A stretch of 34,673 nucleotides of DNA, from the NCBI GenBank assembly GCA_009103225.1, contig RHPI01000003.1, forward strand, positions 183,185 through 217,857, written 5' to 3'. Under the pieces are notes generated by a model. That model ran no database searches and was not told the origin of the DNA. It worked only from the letters and a program-made list of their open reading frames with translations. The stretch's first letter is position 1. The number at the start of each line of letters is the position of its first letter. This DNA comes from Chlorokybus atmophyticus (lineage: Eukaryota > Plantae > Mesostigma and Chlorokybus algae). Below, piece by piece: positions 10,977-23,500 of this stretch. The position numbers and the translations under genes were made by a program.

Positions 10977-13282
10977 GTGATGTAAGAGCTTGTGCTACAC
11001 TTGTTGTGGGTACGCGCCTCAGTAGTAGTGCAAAAATAACAATAATAGTAGTGCCAAATTCTTATATCATGTGTATGCGTGCAGGCGCTCAAGAAGTATA
11101 ACAAACAGATGGAAAAAACAATATTGATGCTAGCTTCGCAAAGGAAACAGCATTAGCGGATGGATTGGCTGCCATGCAATCCCGTGAAGAGAAGACGAAG
11201 ATCATCTGTAACATGATGTTACAGTCAAGTGCGCTGTGTATCTACTTCTGCAAGGTCAATGCAAGAGTAAGTGTGAACAAAATGAAGTCTAAAGGATCTT
11301 TTTGTTACGATAGCCGTTGGGTGGGGGCTTGAATAATCATAAAACTCAAGGCAAACTCGACATGTCAGAGTTGTGTTCAAATACCCTATGGAAATTGTCT
11401 AACGTACCATTTGCATGCATGAATGTTTACCTGTAAGCACACTGTGTGTGCTGAGCACAAAGCAGTGCATAATAAGCATGCAACTATTTTGAAGCAATTG
11501 GCATTTATATATCAGAGGCCAGAACCTTTCCTTCGCTCTCATGGCGTGGAAACACCTGGAGCTTATTGATCTGAAGTACCCATATGAAAAACCCGATGCT
11601 AATTGATCTGAAGCATCAGATGCAGTGAGTATTACACAGCTGCATGGCTGCAATGCAGATGTTGATTAATCACAAAGTAAGCTTCATGTATGCGCAGGTG
11701 TTGTTGCACAAGCTACCGCTAGTGTGCAAGCATCTCCATATATATGGCAGCATTATTCAATTGATGATAATGCTGCAAATGACTAGATTGAGTTCATGTG
11801 AGCAGAGAATTCCTTTTGTGAGAGTGGTTATAAATAATCTAAGTCCCTCAAATTGCAGCCAGTTATCGCGGCGGATGCGAAGTCTGTGACCAACCATGTG
11901 GTGAGTGCACTACTTGTGTGATCATCTTGCAGCATCATTCATACATTGTTGATGTGATATGCACCGGACAATCTACTGATTGTCCATTGTGCTTTTGCAA
12001 GTGTCATTGTTGGCATCAGAGTTGACCTTTAGTGTGCAGCAGCTAGCTGGCTGACTGGCTCATAGGCTTTGGCAACGATGAGGCAGGTGGTATATATGGG
12101 TAGCGTGACAGGTGTTGGCACATTTATCAACGTTAAATGCACTTTTTATTATCGGCATTTATTGTTTTGCTCATCGACTAAATTCTATTACTTAAGAATT
12201 GAGCAAAGTTCGTTTGTTTGGACGCTTGCACAGGGCTATTTACGCGCGGACCATTCGAAAGCGGCGCGCAGACCATGTTTGGCACGGCTCAGCGTACAAG
12301 TGCCGCGACTGGTCCGGCGTGATCGAACCACCGGTGGTTCGACCCCAGAGCCCGCCGATATGGTCCGAATGACCGGACAAGGGCTGATCGCGTGTCCCGC
12401 GGCTTGTAGACCGGTACAGCACGAGTCAACACGCGGCCTGAGCAGTTTGCCTAAAGCTGGACGCATGCTCTGCGGCTTATAAGCCAGGGCATCACTTGTA
12501 TAGAACGCATGTATTGTACTTACCAATCATGGATCTTTCAGGCGGGACCATTCTGCACTGATACGGTCGTACGCGGCCCTTGTAGACCATGCTTGCTCCC
12601 GGATTAGCACTCAACAACTGTCAAGCATTGGCTCACAATGATCACGGACCAGGGCTGGAGCGGCACATTGGCAGCAACCTGGACCAGATTATGGGGTGTC
12701 TTGCCTGAGCACGACGACACATCTCACCTAGTCCCTTGCTCCCGAGGTTACGTGCGCCAATGCTAAACGAGTACCAGGCACTCGGCATGCATGGTCCCCT
12801 CCATTTGCTAGGGTTTTGGGTTTGCGCTGCAATCTCGGCGGCAGCGACGGCGACGGCGGTGGCGATAACCTTTGAAATAGCTGGTTTCGTGGGTACTACG
12901 CATGCACCCATTCTAGCTACCCGAAAAGCAGCTGATATCGCTAAAAGACTCAACAATTAATTGGACTCAAGCTACCTGCAATCAACCTTGTAGCTTTGCG
13001 CGAGCAAAAGCAGCGTTCACATGTTGGGTTTATGAATGCACAATGACATGTATGCATGCACTAATGAAGCGTTCTCAACACTTACGTTTTATCTTTGATT
13101 TCGTGTGACCTGTGGTCGTTTCAGCACCCTTAACGTGTAGGCGCTTAAAGATTCACCGACTTATCATGGTGCAGTGCAAGCGGTGAGGTACGCGCCGTTT
13201 TGGAGCGCAACGCCGTCACGGTGGCGAGCTGCCAACTCTGTTGCCTCTTGGATATGTAAATAAACTTTTCTTTGGCCGATTC

Positions 13283-15480
13283 TTAAAAGTACTCCATGAC
13301 CTGAGGTAAGAACACAGGGGATAAGTGCATTGTTTGCGTTGCTGAATGATAGTTCATAGAGCGCACAGATCTCATAGACCGCACCAATGCGGTCGATAAC
13401 GGCAAGAGCAAGTGTCTAGCACAGCAAGTAATGTCTATAGGCATGAGCCATAGGCTGCATATACTCACATTGTCTGAAGGTTGCTCGTTTGGAGGTGGAG
13501 GGAAGTCATGAGCAGCTCTTCCCCAGCGGTGATGTCACTCTGAATTCTTACCTCAACTGCCTGAACCGCAGCCTCATTAACGGAGTCTATGATGTGGCAG
13601 TTGGGATTGTACTGCGTATCGCGGCCGGAGCTGACGAAGCCAGCCATGTTCCCATATTGAGGGTGGCCATCGATGACTGGGCTTTAACGGCGTGGCATGT
13701 CATTAATAACCTGTAGGTGGTATCGCTGGTGGTGTTGATGCTCCTTCTGAGAGAATGTCTTCTAAATCTTCTGGTAAGAGTACCACTTGCCGTAAAAGAC
13801 CATGATGCGTTCAACCGTCTTTATAGGCTAACAGGTGAACAAGCCCAGCCTTGTGCCATGGATATTGGAAGGCTTGATGACGAACTCTTTGTTTGCGAAA
13901 TGGAAGAGTTTGCCTATGGGAATTGGACCGTTTGTCCATAGCTGCCATGGGATACTGGTCGCTCTATGTATGCGCTTGCGGTATGGAGGCTCTCTATCAC
14001 TCTGCAAACAACAAGTGATGATAAGTTGGTGTGAATTGTCATAGGCTACAGCATAGCGCCCATGGCATATCATCAGCATGTATGATACCATGTGAACACA
14101 GACGCACCCGCAAATGTTCTTCGGATGGCGGTGGCAACTTCATATCCATCCCCGTCTTGGTGAAGTAATTGACCTCGGGTGCAGCATTGGTCACAGCTAC
14201 TTCAAGGGCCTGCACTGATCCGTGTTGCCTTGACGTATTGCGCTAAGTAGCCTGTGGGGCATCGGTTTCAGGTTGGTTCACCCTGCCATCATCGGGCTTA
14301 GTAGCTTGTGTGCAAGGCAATGGTAAGAACATTATACATATATGTTGACTCACAACATGTCTCGGCCTATGACATAAGACACACATACAATATCTTGAGC
14401 ATTTTTATGGTTACTTACAGGTGTTTTGGGAGAGCCGGCTGCGGATGACGTTTCTAGTTTCATGCCTCGCCAGCTGGCATGCCTTGGCTTTTTAGCAGGT
14501 GGCACCACCTCTTCCTCCTCAAACTGCTCCGCCAATTCCAACATCTCCTTCGCAGCCTTCTGCACCGACTCCTCCGACCCCTCCTGCATCACATCCTCAA
14601 GATGTTCCTCGAGCTCCTATGGCTCTCAAGTCTCTATGGCAGCAAAGTCGAACTCGGTTTCCTCCGCAATTGCTGTCGCTGAACCTGCAGCGGCAACACT
14701 TTAAGAATGCGGCCGCTGACGCTTTGTCCGCTTTGGTGTGGTTTGCTCCTTCGGTTAGAGGGATGTTATTGGCATCGCGCTCAGCGTCATCCCCAGTTTG
14801 CTTGTTTTGGGTAACAAGCGGCAAGGTTAGCAACTAAGGCGTTGTAATGGCATTTTTCGCTAACAATTGCATGCTGCATGTGCTTACAAATGCAAAGGCT
14901 CAAGTGTGATGCTTTTACAGATACTCCTCGATGGATCTCCGCACGTTGTCAATGGAAAATTTGCTCTTTTGTGGATGTTTCAGGTCCTGCACGCCCACAT
15001 ATGCTTCACTTAAGTTAATTTCATTGCACAGTGTTTTGCCCAAATATCACTTCATTTGCATGCATACAACGTCTATAAGATATAGGGACAAACGCACTTT
15101 CAAAACATCACCCGCACCCGCATTGCTTTGGAGAGAGAATTCTCCCATGCGTCTTCAGCTCATTTGCTATCTCTTGGCCGTCTTGGTTGGTGCATCTGCG
15201 CATGTAATTGCAATATCTGATGTGCAGATGCCGTGTGATCTTTGCAGTCTTGGTGTGTGTAGTTTCACGACGCCCGTTGGACTTTTGCGGGTCCGCCTTA
15301 ACGTTTATTTCGTGTTAGGGAAAGTACTCATGGAAAGTCCGCTGGTGTGAAGGCTGCCTCCGAGTCTTCTCTGAAGTCGCAAATGCCGCCAACACGGTAG
15401 GGATGTCATCATTCGGGGTGTTTCTCAGCTTGCTGATCTCTGCAACAACTTGCTCTGGTCTACATTTTTACACAAGACAA
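13283..15480 (-). pseudogene. Multi-exon SET-domain (lysine methyltransferase-like) pseudogene
   Basis: One frame across about 13890-13500 reads EFVIKPSNIHGTRLGLFTC*PIKTVERIMVFYGKW...*...*SPVIDGHPQYGNMAGFVSSGRDTQYNPNC...VEVRIQSDITAGEELLM, i.e. the SET motifs in order. Stops fall at 13828, 13762 and 13684, with a probable frameshift at the end. An upstream acidic exon carries an NLS-like PPAKKPR. The outer boundaries are approximate. Confidence 0.75.
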
Positions 15481-15789
15481 GCCGGCATCGCCAAAACTAC
15501 CTTAAGCACACCAAAGGTCAGGTTAGCGGCGGCACAGGCGGTCGCATAGGCCGCTCTAACGAACCCTAGGTCACACAGGCACTGGAACATAATTCACTTG
15601 GAAGTCTTTGCCAGATTTCGGCAGTGTTTTTGTGCGTTCGCGCGTGCGTTGTGCGCATGCTTTGTGCGCGATATAACTTCGGCACTAATAATCGCGACAG
15701 CATTGAATCGCGTGCTATAGACTCTTGTGCTATAGACTGCTATGTAAGCCTTTTGGCACCTGAAAGCTTAGGTGCTTTAGGCATAGTGT

Positions 15790-18330
15790 AACAATGGTGA
15801 CGGCAGTGCCTTCTGCCAGCCAAGTGTTCAACCCAGGCAACAACGGCCAGAAAATAGGGGACAGGTTCTTGAGGGGCAACTTTGCTCTGTGCACCCCACC
15901 CATGTGCGAAACATGGACAAGTTAACCAACAAGCTCAAGCAATGGGAGCAGATCCCTGGTCCAGGTTGGAAAGAGGTGATTTTCGACAAGCGGAGCATGG
16001 ATTTTGTAGCACAGGCCAGCATTGCGAAGCTGGGAAGGTTCTGTGAGGAGTTAAAGCCGGAGCTGGAGCCTCTCGTGTTTGGGGAAGGCATACAGCTCAG
16101 CATGTATAGAGATCAGTTGTTTTCTGCAATGGTTTATTTGAATGCCTTGTGTATAGCTTGGTTTTTGTTCAGCTTAAACCACCAGCTAGTCTTCATGCAT
16201 ACAACATGCTTTGATAGCCGTAAAGCTGTTTTAGCTGCTGGTCAATATTGCCACTGTTGCAGGTCAGTTGCCATCACGTAGTTTGCAAAGTTGTCACGTC
16301 ACTTGATATGGATGGCTTGCTGTTCAGCTAAGTCAGCTAATCTTCATGCATGTCCAGCTGTTTTTGCTACTGCTTATTGGTGCCACAGTTGCTATTACGT
16401 TAGTTGCCAAGTTGTCACGTTACTGTTGGTCAAGCTGGAACACTGGACAATGTCTGTGAGACTTTAGGTCGCAGCAATGGATTGCATGAATCGTAGACAC
16501 TAGACAGTGCTTGTGAGATTTTCAGTCCTAGCAATGGTGCATAAGTCGTAGACACTGCACAATGCCTGTGTCTTTAGGTCACAACAATGCAATGCATAAC
16601 TCATAGACATCGAACAGTGCCAACTAGACAAAGCAGCTTTGTGGACATGTCGCTTATAACTTTTCTTGGCAGAGCACATCTGGGCAAAATTCATACAACG
16701 CCAATGACTTATCGGAGGGGCGTTAAAGAAGAACAAGGTGAACGCCAAGGACAGTCCAGGGAGCAGCGAGTCTAGCTGCGCATGCTCGAGAAGCAGAGCG
16801 AACTGCCAAACACGGCACAACTGCTTGTCGCCGGTCTGTAGGGTAAGGTAGAGTTTTCAGCCCTAACAATTACAGCCCTTCAGAGACAATCGTTCAATGG
16901 TGCCCCTTGATCAACGGCCCCCTTTCAGATGATGTGCTGCGAGCTGCTTTGCTAAAACTCAGGTAAGGACTGTGTGCCATGTGTGAATGCAATCCTGAAC
17001 TGTGACAACTCCACTGGAAGTGAAGCAAGCTGAATGTACAGCTGTTGTGTTGTTTAACACCATGCCTGTCCATGAGGTACATACATGTAGACATTAACGA
17101 CGAAGACAAAGTCCTTGACATTAACATGCAATCCTCAAGTCGTGAAGACCCATGTGTACTCGTGACCATTGCCACCATCCTTGAAATTGCCGAGGTGAAT
17201 GAGCCATGCCGCATATATAGCGTGCAGATCATTAATTGGCCGCCAGTGTTTTGCATGAAGGACGACAGCGTGCGGCCGTTCGTACATATCAGGTCGCAAA
17301 GGCTCATGCATGGCAAGACACCGGATCATTACACACGCGCCGAGCTGGAGGTAAGTTTGCAATTACTAGTCATGCACGGTCTATGCTTTTGTCACTGCAT
17401 GCGAACAAGTGCGGGACGTACGTCGCGTGTAGTTTGCTAAAGTGTGCACAAGTGAACCGCCTATGGCACCAACAACTGATGGAATGCATGTGCCGAGCGC
17501 GACGGTTGAGTGGCCACTTATGTTCATGAGCCAGATGGGCACCTGCGTTTGTGAAAACGGGGAATGCAGATTTAATAGGCGGGGTTGGATGGGGGAATGC
17601 CAGGCGAGAGTAATCAAAGAACTAGATGCGCAGCATCAACAAGGCAATCACGTTTGTTGGATGTGTTCCGCAAGTTTCTTGTTCAATTGATTACTAATTG
17701 TGCTCATGGTGGCTCATGCAGAGCACAGCCCCCGAGATTTTGAATTTTTAGATGATGAGAAGCTGCAGGTGCTGCGGCTATGTGCTGTGGCACTGAGCAA
17801 ACACCAATTAGGGCGCATGTTGGCCGGCAATGGGAATTCTGCCGGAAGATAGAGGTGGCGCTAATGGAGAGCGTGGCACCTTTTCCCTTCCGCGACCGGG
17901 CCTTGCTGGACAACATTCATTCCAACAAAGAATATTAGCAAGCGATTGTGCAGTCTGCAATTAAGAAGTGGCTGAGAAGACTTAATGTAGGATCAGCTAA
18001 GCTGGATGAATACGAGGACGGCCAGGTATGTTTTAAGCTCATAGACCGCTAAAAGGAGCGCTTGCAAGCATGACAGCTGTGACCAATGCACAGTGTCACA
18101 CTGCAGTCTATAGGATATGCTCGTAGGCTGGTAAATTGTGCGCAAATCGTGCCATGTATGAGCAATTGCTCTGTGTATGTGCTTGTACGCGCTCACTACT
18201 GCATATGAATGCAGGCATGCTGGATGAAAGTGAAACGCCTATGACCAAGAGGTTTCGCTTGGGCGATGGGAGCCAAGCTGGACATCCTTGCAAGCTTTTT
18301 GGGGGACCATTGGACAATTACGTATTGTTT
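15790..18330 (+). pseudogene. Decayed multi-exon gene of unknown function with a Cys/His-rich exon
   Basis: Exon-like open stretches with GT donors (HPTHVRNMDKLTNKLKQWEQ...; RYIHVDINDEDKVLD...AELE|GTAAGT; CVCENGEC...C...H...HVCWMC; ...DEYEDGQ|GTATGT), with stops and frameshifts. Family not recognised. Confidence 0.5.
16150..16620. repeat. Intronic imperfect tandem repeats (two ~150-bp units, then three ~52-bp units)
   Basis: Recurring TGTTCAGCT...TCTTCATGCAT...AAGTTGTCACGT, followed by TTTAGGTC...AGCAATG...CGTAGACACT. Confidence 0.65.
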
Positions 18331-20525
18331 CGACCAGCCCTGGTCCCCGCGCGCAGACCAAGGCCAGCGACCCATGTCCGGAACCCAAGCCGCGCGGGCA
18401 ATTTGACCCTGGTCCGTACGTGCGGACCAGGGCTGGTCCGCGAAAAAAGTTCCGTGTATTGGAGGCACTCAAGATGGAAGCGTGTGCACACACATATATA
18501 CTTTGCACTAGCTCATGTGCGAGCTTCTGGTCTTAAGCGTAGTAAGCGTCACATTATTATGTATTGTGAATCAATAAAGTTAGCTACTTGTTAAGTAAAC
18601 TATTTAAAGTAACATGTATGCATCTTGCAATGTCTGATATGCTATAATGCAGATGCGTGCATATTATACGTTTGTCACGGTCACAAATGCTGCTACTTAT
18701 CTTCATATTGATCATGTTTAGTATATCAATGCAGCGTTGGATGTTCATATCACATCCACATTTATGCTAAAAACTATTTTATGACCTTAACAATAATATC
18801 AAATTTTGTATTATAATTATTGCTAACAACACATATTTGTTCATACTTATGATGAACCAAAGATATGAGTGCTTATAACCATATACGCTTGTACCCCCCC
18901 TCTTTTGCTCTGCGTCGCGTTTTTAAGTCATACAAGTATCAATGCATGCTTGAAACCTTACATACATCAATTCACATGATAGCATGTAAATAAACGATTT
19001 GTACAAAAAACTAAGGTAGTCAATTCATCATTATTATACATGTAAAAACCGATTGGTCTGCCTTTACGCAAACTTGTCTGCTATGTATTGCGCGAGCGAA
19101 GGGGGGGGGGAGGGGGTAATTGCGTGTAAGGTGTGCTTGCATGCATGCGCGCGTACGTGTCTAGATATGTGTGCACAAAAAACCTAAATGATGTATTCAA
19201 CAAGCACGACGCATGTATAGACAAGACACCAACCAGCTTTGTTTTATAAACTTGTTTACATATGGTAGTTTCTTGGCTTATGTATTATTTACAAAATGGA
19301 CTGTTTAGCAATTCATTATGTAGTACTTACAAGCTAGCTAGTGTCTAGTTAGGGACTTGCATGAACAATGCTACATGCTTGCATAATACTTGCAATGCTC
19401 ACAATTCAACAAGCTTTCCTCGTGCGTGTCCCGGAGAGTCCTGCCAGGGTAGCAGAGGGGCCCCTCTGTGGGTACCTCGGTTTCTAAATGCATCCGCTAA
19501 GCTAAAGGGATGCTATAGGAACCCATGGAGTCAGCAAGCGCTGCCGTCAGTTTGCTATGGTGTGAGTCAGCAAGCGCTGATTACCTATCACTGCATAGGC
19601 CTGTAACTGGGGTTCGGTCGGGACTCCAAGAAAATACACAATTTACGCTGTACGGTGATTCACTCGTTCGTCGTCGGTGAATAACTTCTCCGGCGGAAGC
19701 TTCAGACGAACACGCATATCATTGGTACAAGTATGTGTCGGTTACGATGAGTTCCAACACAAAACTTGTGTGACATCAAGTCTCGACGACGGGGCGTCTA
19801 AAACCGGGGGGTGATGAACGGTTGGGCCGCCGCAATGCAGCGCAGCACAGACAGAAGTGACCGAGTTCGTTGCTGAAGCTTCCCTGCATTGGCGGCGGCG
19901 GCATAGGTGGAGGCAAAGGCGTAGGCGTAGGCGGGGGAGGAGGTGGGGGGCGTAAAGAAGGGGGCCGGGCTGCGTCCGGCAGTTCGGGTAGGGTGGACGG
20001 CGTTAGAGCTTGCTCGCTGTTTCATTACAGGCAGAGTTTGTCGTGGCTCTCAGCGCGCACTGGGGAGTGGCTCTCACAGGCGTGGCTATCCCCATACAAG
20101 CGGCGGCGGTAAAAGACAGGGGCTAGTGTGACGCCACTTACTGTGTTCAATGTGACGCTCTGTGGCAAGTCCAGGTGAGAAACACGATGGGCTTGGATGT
20201 GCATTGCCACTCCTCGTTAGACAAGCTCTGCTGTTCATCTCTTTTGCCGATATGATATGGACTGTTACCTGTATGCCTGCTGTGATCTATTTCTGTGGTG
20301 GCTCAATTCATGTGAGAGATACATAGTAATCCCTCACACAGTTATTACTTACATGTCGTGCATCGACTTGACACAATAATCAACTGCCTTTCCTCACCCC
20401 TCTCCATGCCGTACAGTGCCAAACAAGCAATAGCAATAGGCAGTGAGGGTGGTGGACACAGCAAGGGACACAGACTGTGACACTGCGTACTCCAGCGCGG
20501 GCGGCCAATCCACACATCCTCCACC

Positions 20526-23500
20526 ATGCCTCACACGCGTTACCGCTGCGTGGAGACGTACGGCCTCCTCCCTTGCAGCGCCAGCGCCGGCGGCAACTCC
20601 TTCCTCCTGTTCGCTTACGGTTCCCTCCTCCTCATCGGCGCCAAATGGATCGCGGACGGTTCCGAGATGCTGCTGGAGGTCATGAACCCGGCCCTGATCG
20701 GGGGACTGCTGCTGCCGCTGCTGGGAGTGTTCCCGGACTCGCTGCTCATCGCGGTGTCCGGACTGAAGGGGACCAAGGAAGACGCGCAGCAGGAGGTGCT
20801 GGTCGGGGTGGGGGTACTGGCGGGAAGGTGAGAAGGCGGCGTTGTGGGTCGTGGAGTTGTGTGTGTCCTCTGGCGACAATGCTGGCAGTATGCAGCGCTT
20901 GCTATGAGAAGAAGAAAGCCCTTCCAACACGCACGCGTACATGAGCACGCACGCACACGCGCATGCCCGTTCACCATGCACACCCGCACGCACACAGGCA
21001 CGCGACTCTTGCCCATGCGGCGGGCCCCTGCCTCTGTGCTTGCTGGCTCGCACACAATGTGCAGGCAAACATGCACGCATGCATGCGGACGCATCCACGC
21101 AGACACACACGCACACAAGTGCAGGCACGCTCGTGCATATGCGTGCCGCCGCTCGCACACACACGCGCGCACATTTGCACACGCATGCATGCATGCACGC
21201 ATACGCGTATCCAATCAGTGCCGTAGCGAGCTCCATACTCACCCGTCCTGCCCTTCTCTCCCCGCAGCACCATCATGCTGATCACCCTCCTCTGGGCCGG
21301 TTCCCTCCTGACCGGTCGCTGCGACCTCTCCGGTCCCAACTCCACCGCCCGCGACACCGTTCTGTCCAAACACAAGTCCGTCTGGCACTCCCTCTTCCAC
21401 ACGGGCGTCACGACCGACGTCCAGACGCGCCGATGCGCCTGGATCATGCTCGGGACGGGCGCGCCGTACCTGGTCGTCCAGGCGCCGATCGTCATGGGGA
21501 GACCGGAGATGGCGAGGGCGGCCGCAGTGGCGGGGGCGGGGATGTGCTTCGTGACGCTGGGGATGTACTGCGCGTATCAGGTGAGAGGGGAGAGGAGGGT
21601 GGGTGGTGGGTTTTGCGCGTGCGTGCGTATGCACGCACGCGAACGCGCACGCATATGCGTACGTGTGCATGTGCACGTATACGTGGGCATATGTGTGTGC
21701 CCCTGTGCGCACACAAGCCGCACGCACACGCGTACATGCGCGCGCGCGTGCGTGCGTGTGCGTTCCTGTGTGCATGTGCGCACGTGTGTGCGTATGTGCG
21801 TGTGGGTTTCATGCCATTGCTTGCGTATGTGCGCGTACGTGCATGCGTGTTTGCGTATGTGTGCATCTGGGCATGCATAACTGTACCCTCACGCATGCAT
21901 CCACCTGCAGGTGTTGTCGCCGTGGTTGCTGCAGAAGCGCATCGACGAGGCGCGCCTGCACTACCTTCGCACGCACATCATGCAGTGCATGCACAAGACT
22001 TGGGGGGGACTATTTGAGGCGGATGGAGTCACGCCCGACATGGCGGTAGGTTTGATTATCTCCCTCACACGTGTACTCTCACTCCCACACAAGCCACACT
22101 TGACCAGCAATATTGCGCTAACTAGTGCAAACGGCATCCATGGCATCCATGATATGAGTGACTCAACGTGCATATACGTGTCACTTGCATGTGAAGTCAT
22201 GCGTGCATGTGCGCCTGGGTATGTGTTGTGAATGAATGGAACTGAGAGCGGCTGTCACAGGGCATTGATAGGGCGTTCAACCACTTTGATAGTCAGAACA
22301 CGGGGACGATATCGGTATCGGAGCTGCACGGATTTGTGGTGGGGCTCGGCCTGGAACAGCTCAGCGAAAAGTTTCTGCCCTCTCCTCAAGACGTATGTTG
22401 TTTACCACATAACATCATGACGCGCACACACGCACACACCTAGCTGCTGAGGCCACAACTGATATCAAATTAATGCACGCGCACACGCACACACGCGCAC
22501 ATATACACACCCCTACAAACACTCACAAGCATATGGATGCACACAGGTGTCCTCCTGGCTTGCGAACTTTGAGTGCAATGCGGAGGGCCGCGTGACCCGC
22601 GAGGCGTTCATCAAGGGCGTGCGACGCATGTCCATGCACGCGCGCAAGCTCACACGCGCGATCACACCCTCTGTCAACCGAGTCACCACCGTCGCTAAGG
22701 TAGGACACTGACGCTTGATGTTGTTGTTGTTGTTGTTGTCGTGGTTGTTGTTGTTGTTGTTGATGAATGTACAGCACTGCACTGTTGCTACTGTCATCAA
22801 CAACATGAACAACAACAACAACATCAACAGCATTGCCAACATCGCCTCTATCCCCGCAGTCTGAAGGCAGTTTCACCAGCTTCTGGGCTTCTCAAGCCGC
22901 CGAGGCTCGTCGTGCGTTGGAGCTGTTGCGCGATGAGGAGGAGGGTTGCGTCGTGGTCGATGCCGAGACCGCTGAGGCCGAGGCCGACGCCGTAGATGCT
23001 GATGATGACTCCGCCAACGACAGCAGCGAGGATATTGTTCTTAATGTTGAGAAGGTGATCGGTCCCGGCCGCTTGTACAGAAGAGCGGCAATGTATCTGG
23101 TTGGGGGGTTCGCGCTCATATCGGTGTTCGCGGCGCCGATGGTCAACACCATTGCTGATTTCAGCGTCGCGACCAAGGCGAGTAGTCAAAATGTTGTTCT
23201 GTCAATGTGTACCCGCGCGCAAAACATGCATGCACGCGCTCAGTCACATGCACACCCACCAAATTGCACATTGTGGATGCTGCATGCACGTGTATGCGCG
23301 TGTGTGCGTGTAAACAAACACACGCACTCACACTCTTGCGCAGCCAGCTTTGACACGCATGCATGGCAGTGTGGCACTGCAAGAGCCGAGAATACAGCAT
23401 TGCTTGCATCTGTGTACCCGGACACATGCGTATGTTTGCATGTACACACCACCCCTGCACACGTACTCATGTTCAAGTCCAACACATACCTAACACATCT

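Larger units (their letters stand above)
9530..11630 (+). pseudogene. Decayed ankyrin-repeat-like gene, copy 2, interrupted by a TRIM
   Basis: With one frameshift, about 9655-9715 reads DTLAHTAV(A/Q)(R/E)GHVKVLQQLI, matching the ankyrin consensus TPLHxAAxxGHxEVVxxLL. Further exon-like pieces (KCAQQLC..KHG; GQNLSFALMAWKHLELID) have GT/AG boundaries. Boundaries are approximate. Confidence 0.45.
12231..18456. mobile_element. Putative ~6.2-kb decayed TIR DNA transposon carrying two divergent genes
   Basis: Imperfect 24-bp inverted ends, ACAGGGCTATTTACGCGCGGACCA (12230-53) versus the reverse complement of 18434-57, 17/24 matching. Dense GGACC/GGTCC motif arrays at 12245-12690 and 18300-18445. The right flank is TA and the left flank is CA, so the TSD is not clean. 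Confidence 0.5.

Noticed and set aside
12736-12960. Small membrane protein ORF
   Set aside because: Short, driven by a GCG-rich tract, with no recognisable family or splice support.
16440-16620. CRISPR-like repeat-spacer array
   Set aside because: The units are degenerate with no distinct spacers, the context is a eukaryotic intron, and there are no cas genes.
19098-19120. G-quadruplex regulatory element
   Set aside because: A simple G run with no supporting context; such runs are common in this window.
4300-19600. Definite giant endogenous viral element
   Set aside because: No major capsid protein, PolB, packaging ATPase or other hallmark gene is recognisable; kept only as a low-weight hypothesis.
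20394-22049. His/Thr/Ala/Arg- or Cys/Val-rich ORFs in NCL introns (similar ones at 27600-28900 and 31000-34673)
   Set aside because: They translate (CA)/(GCAC) intronic repeats and overlap well-supported spliced genes.
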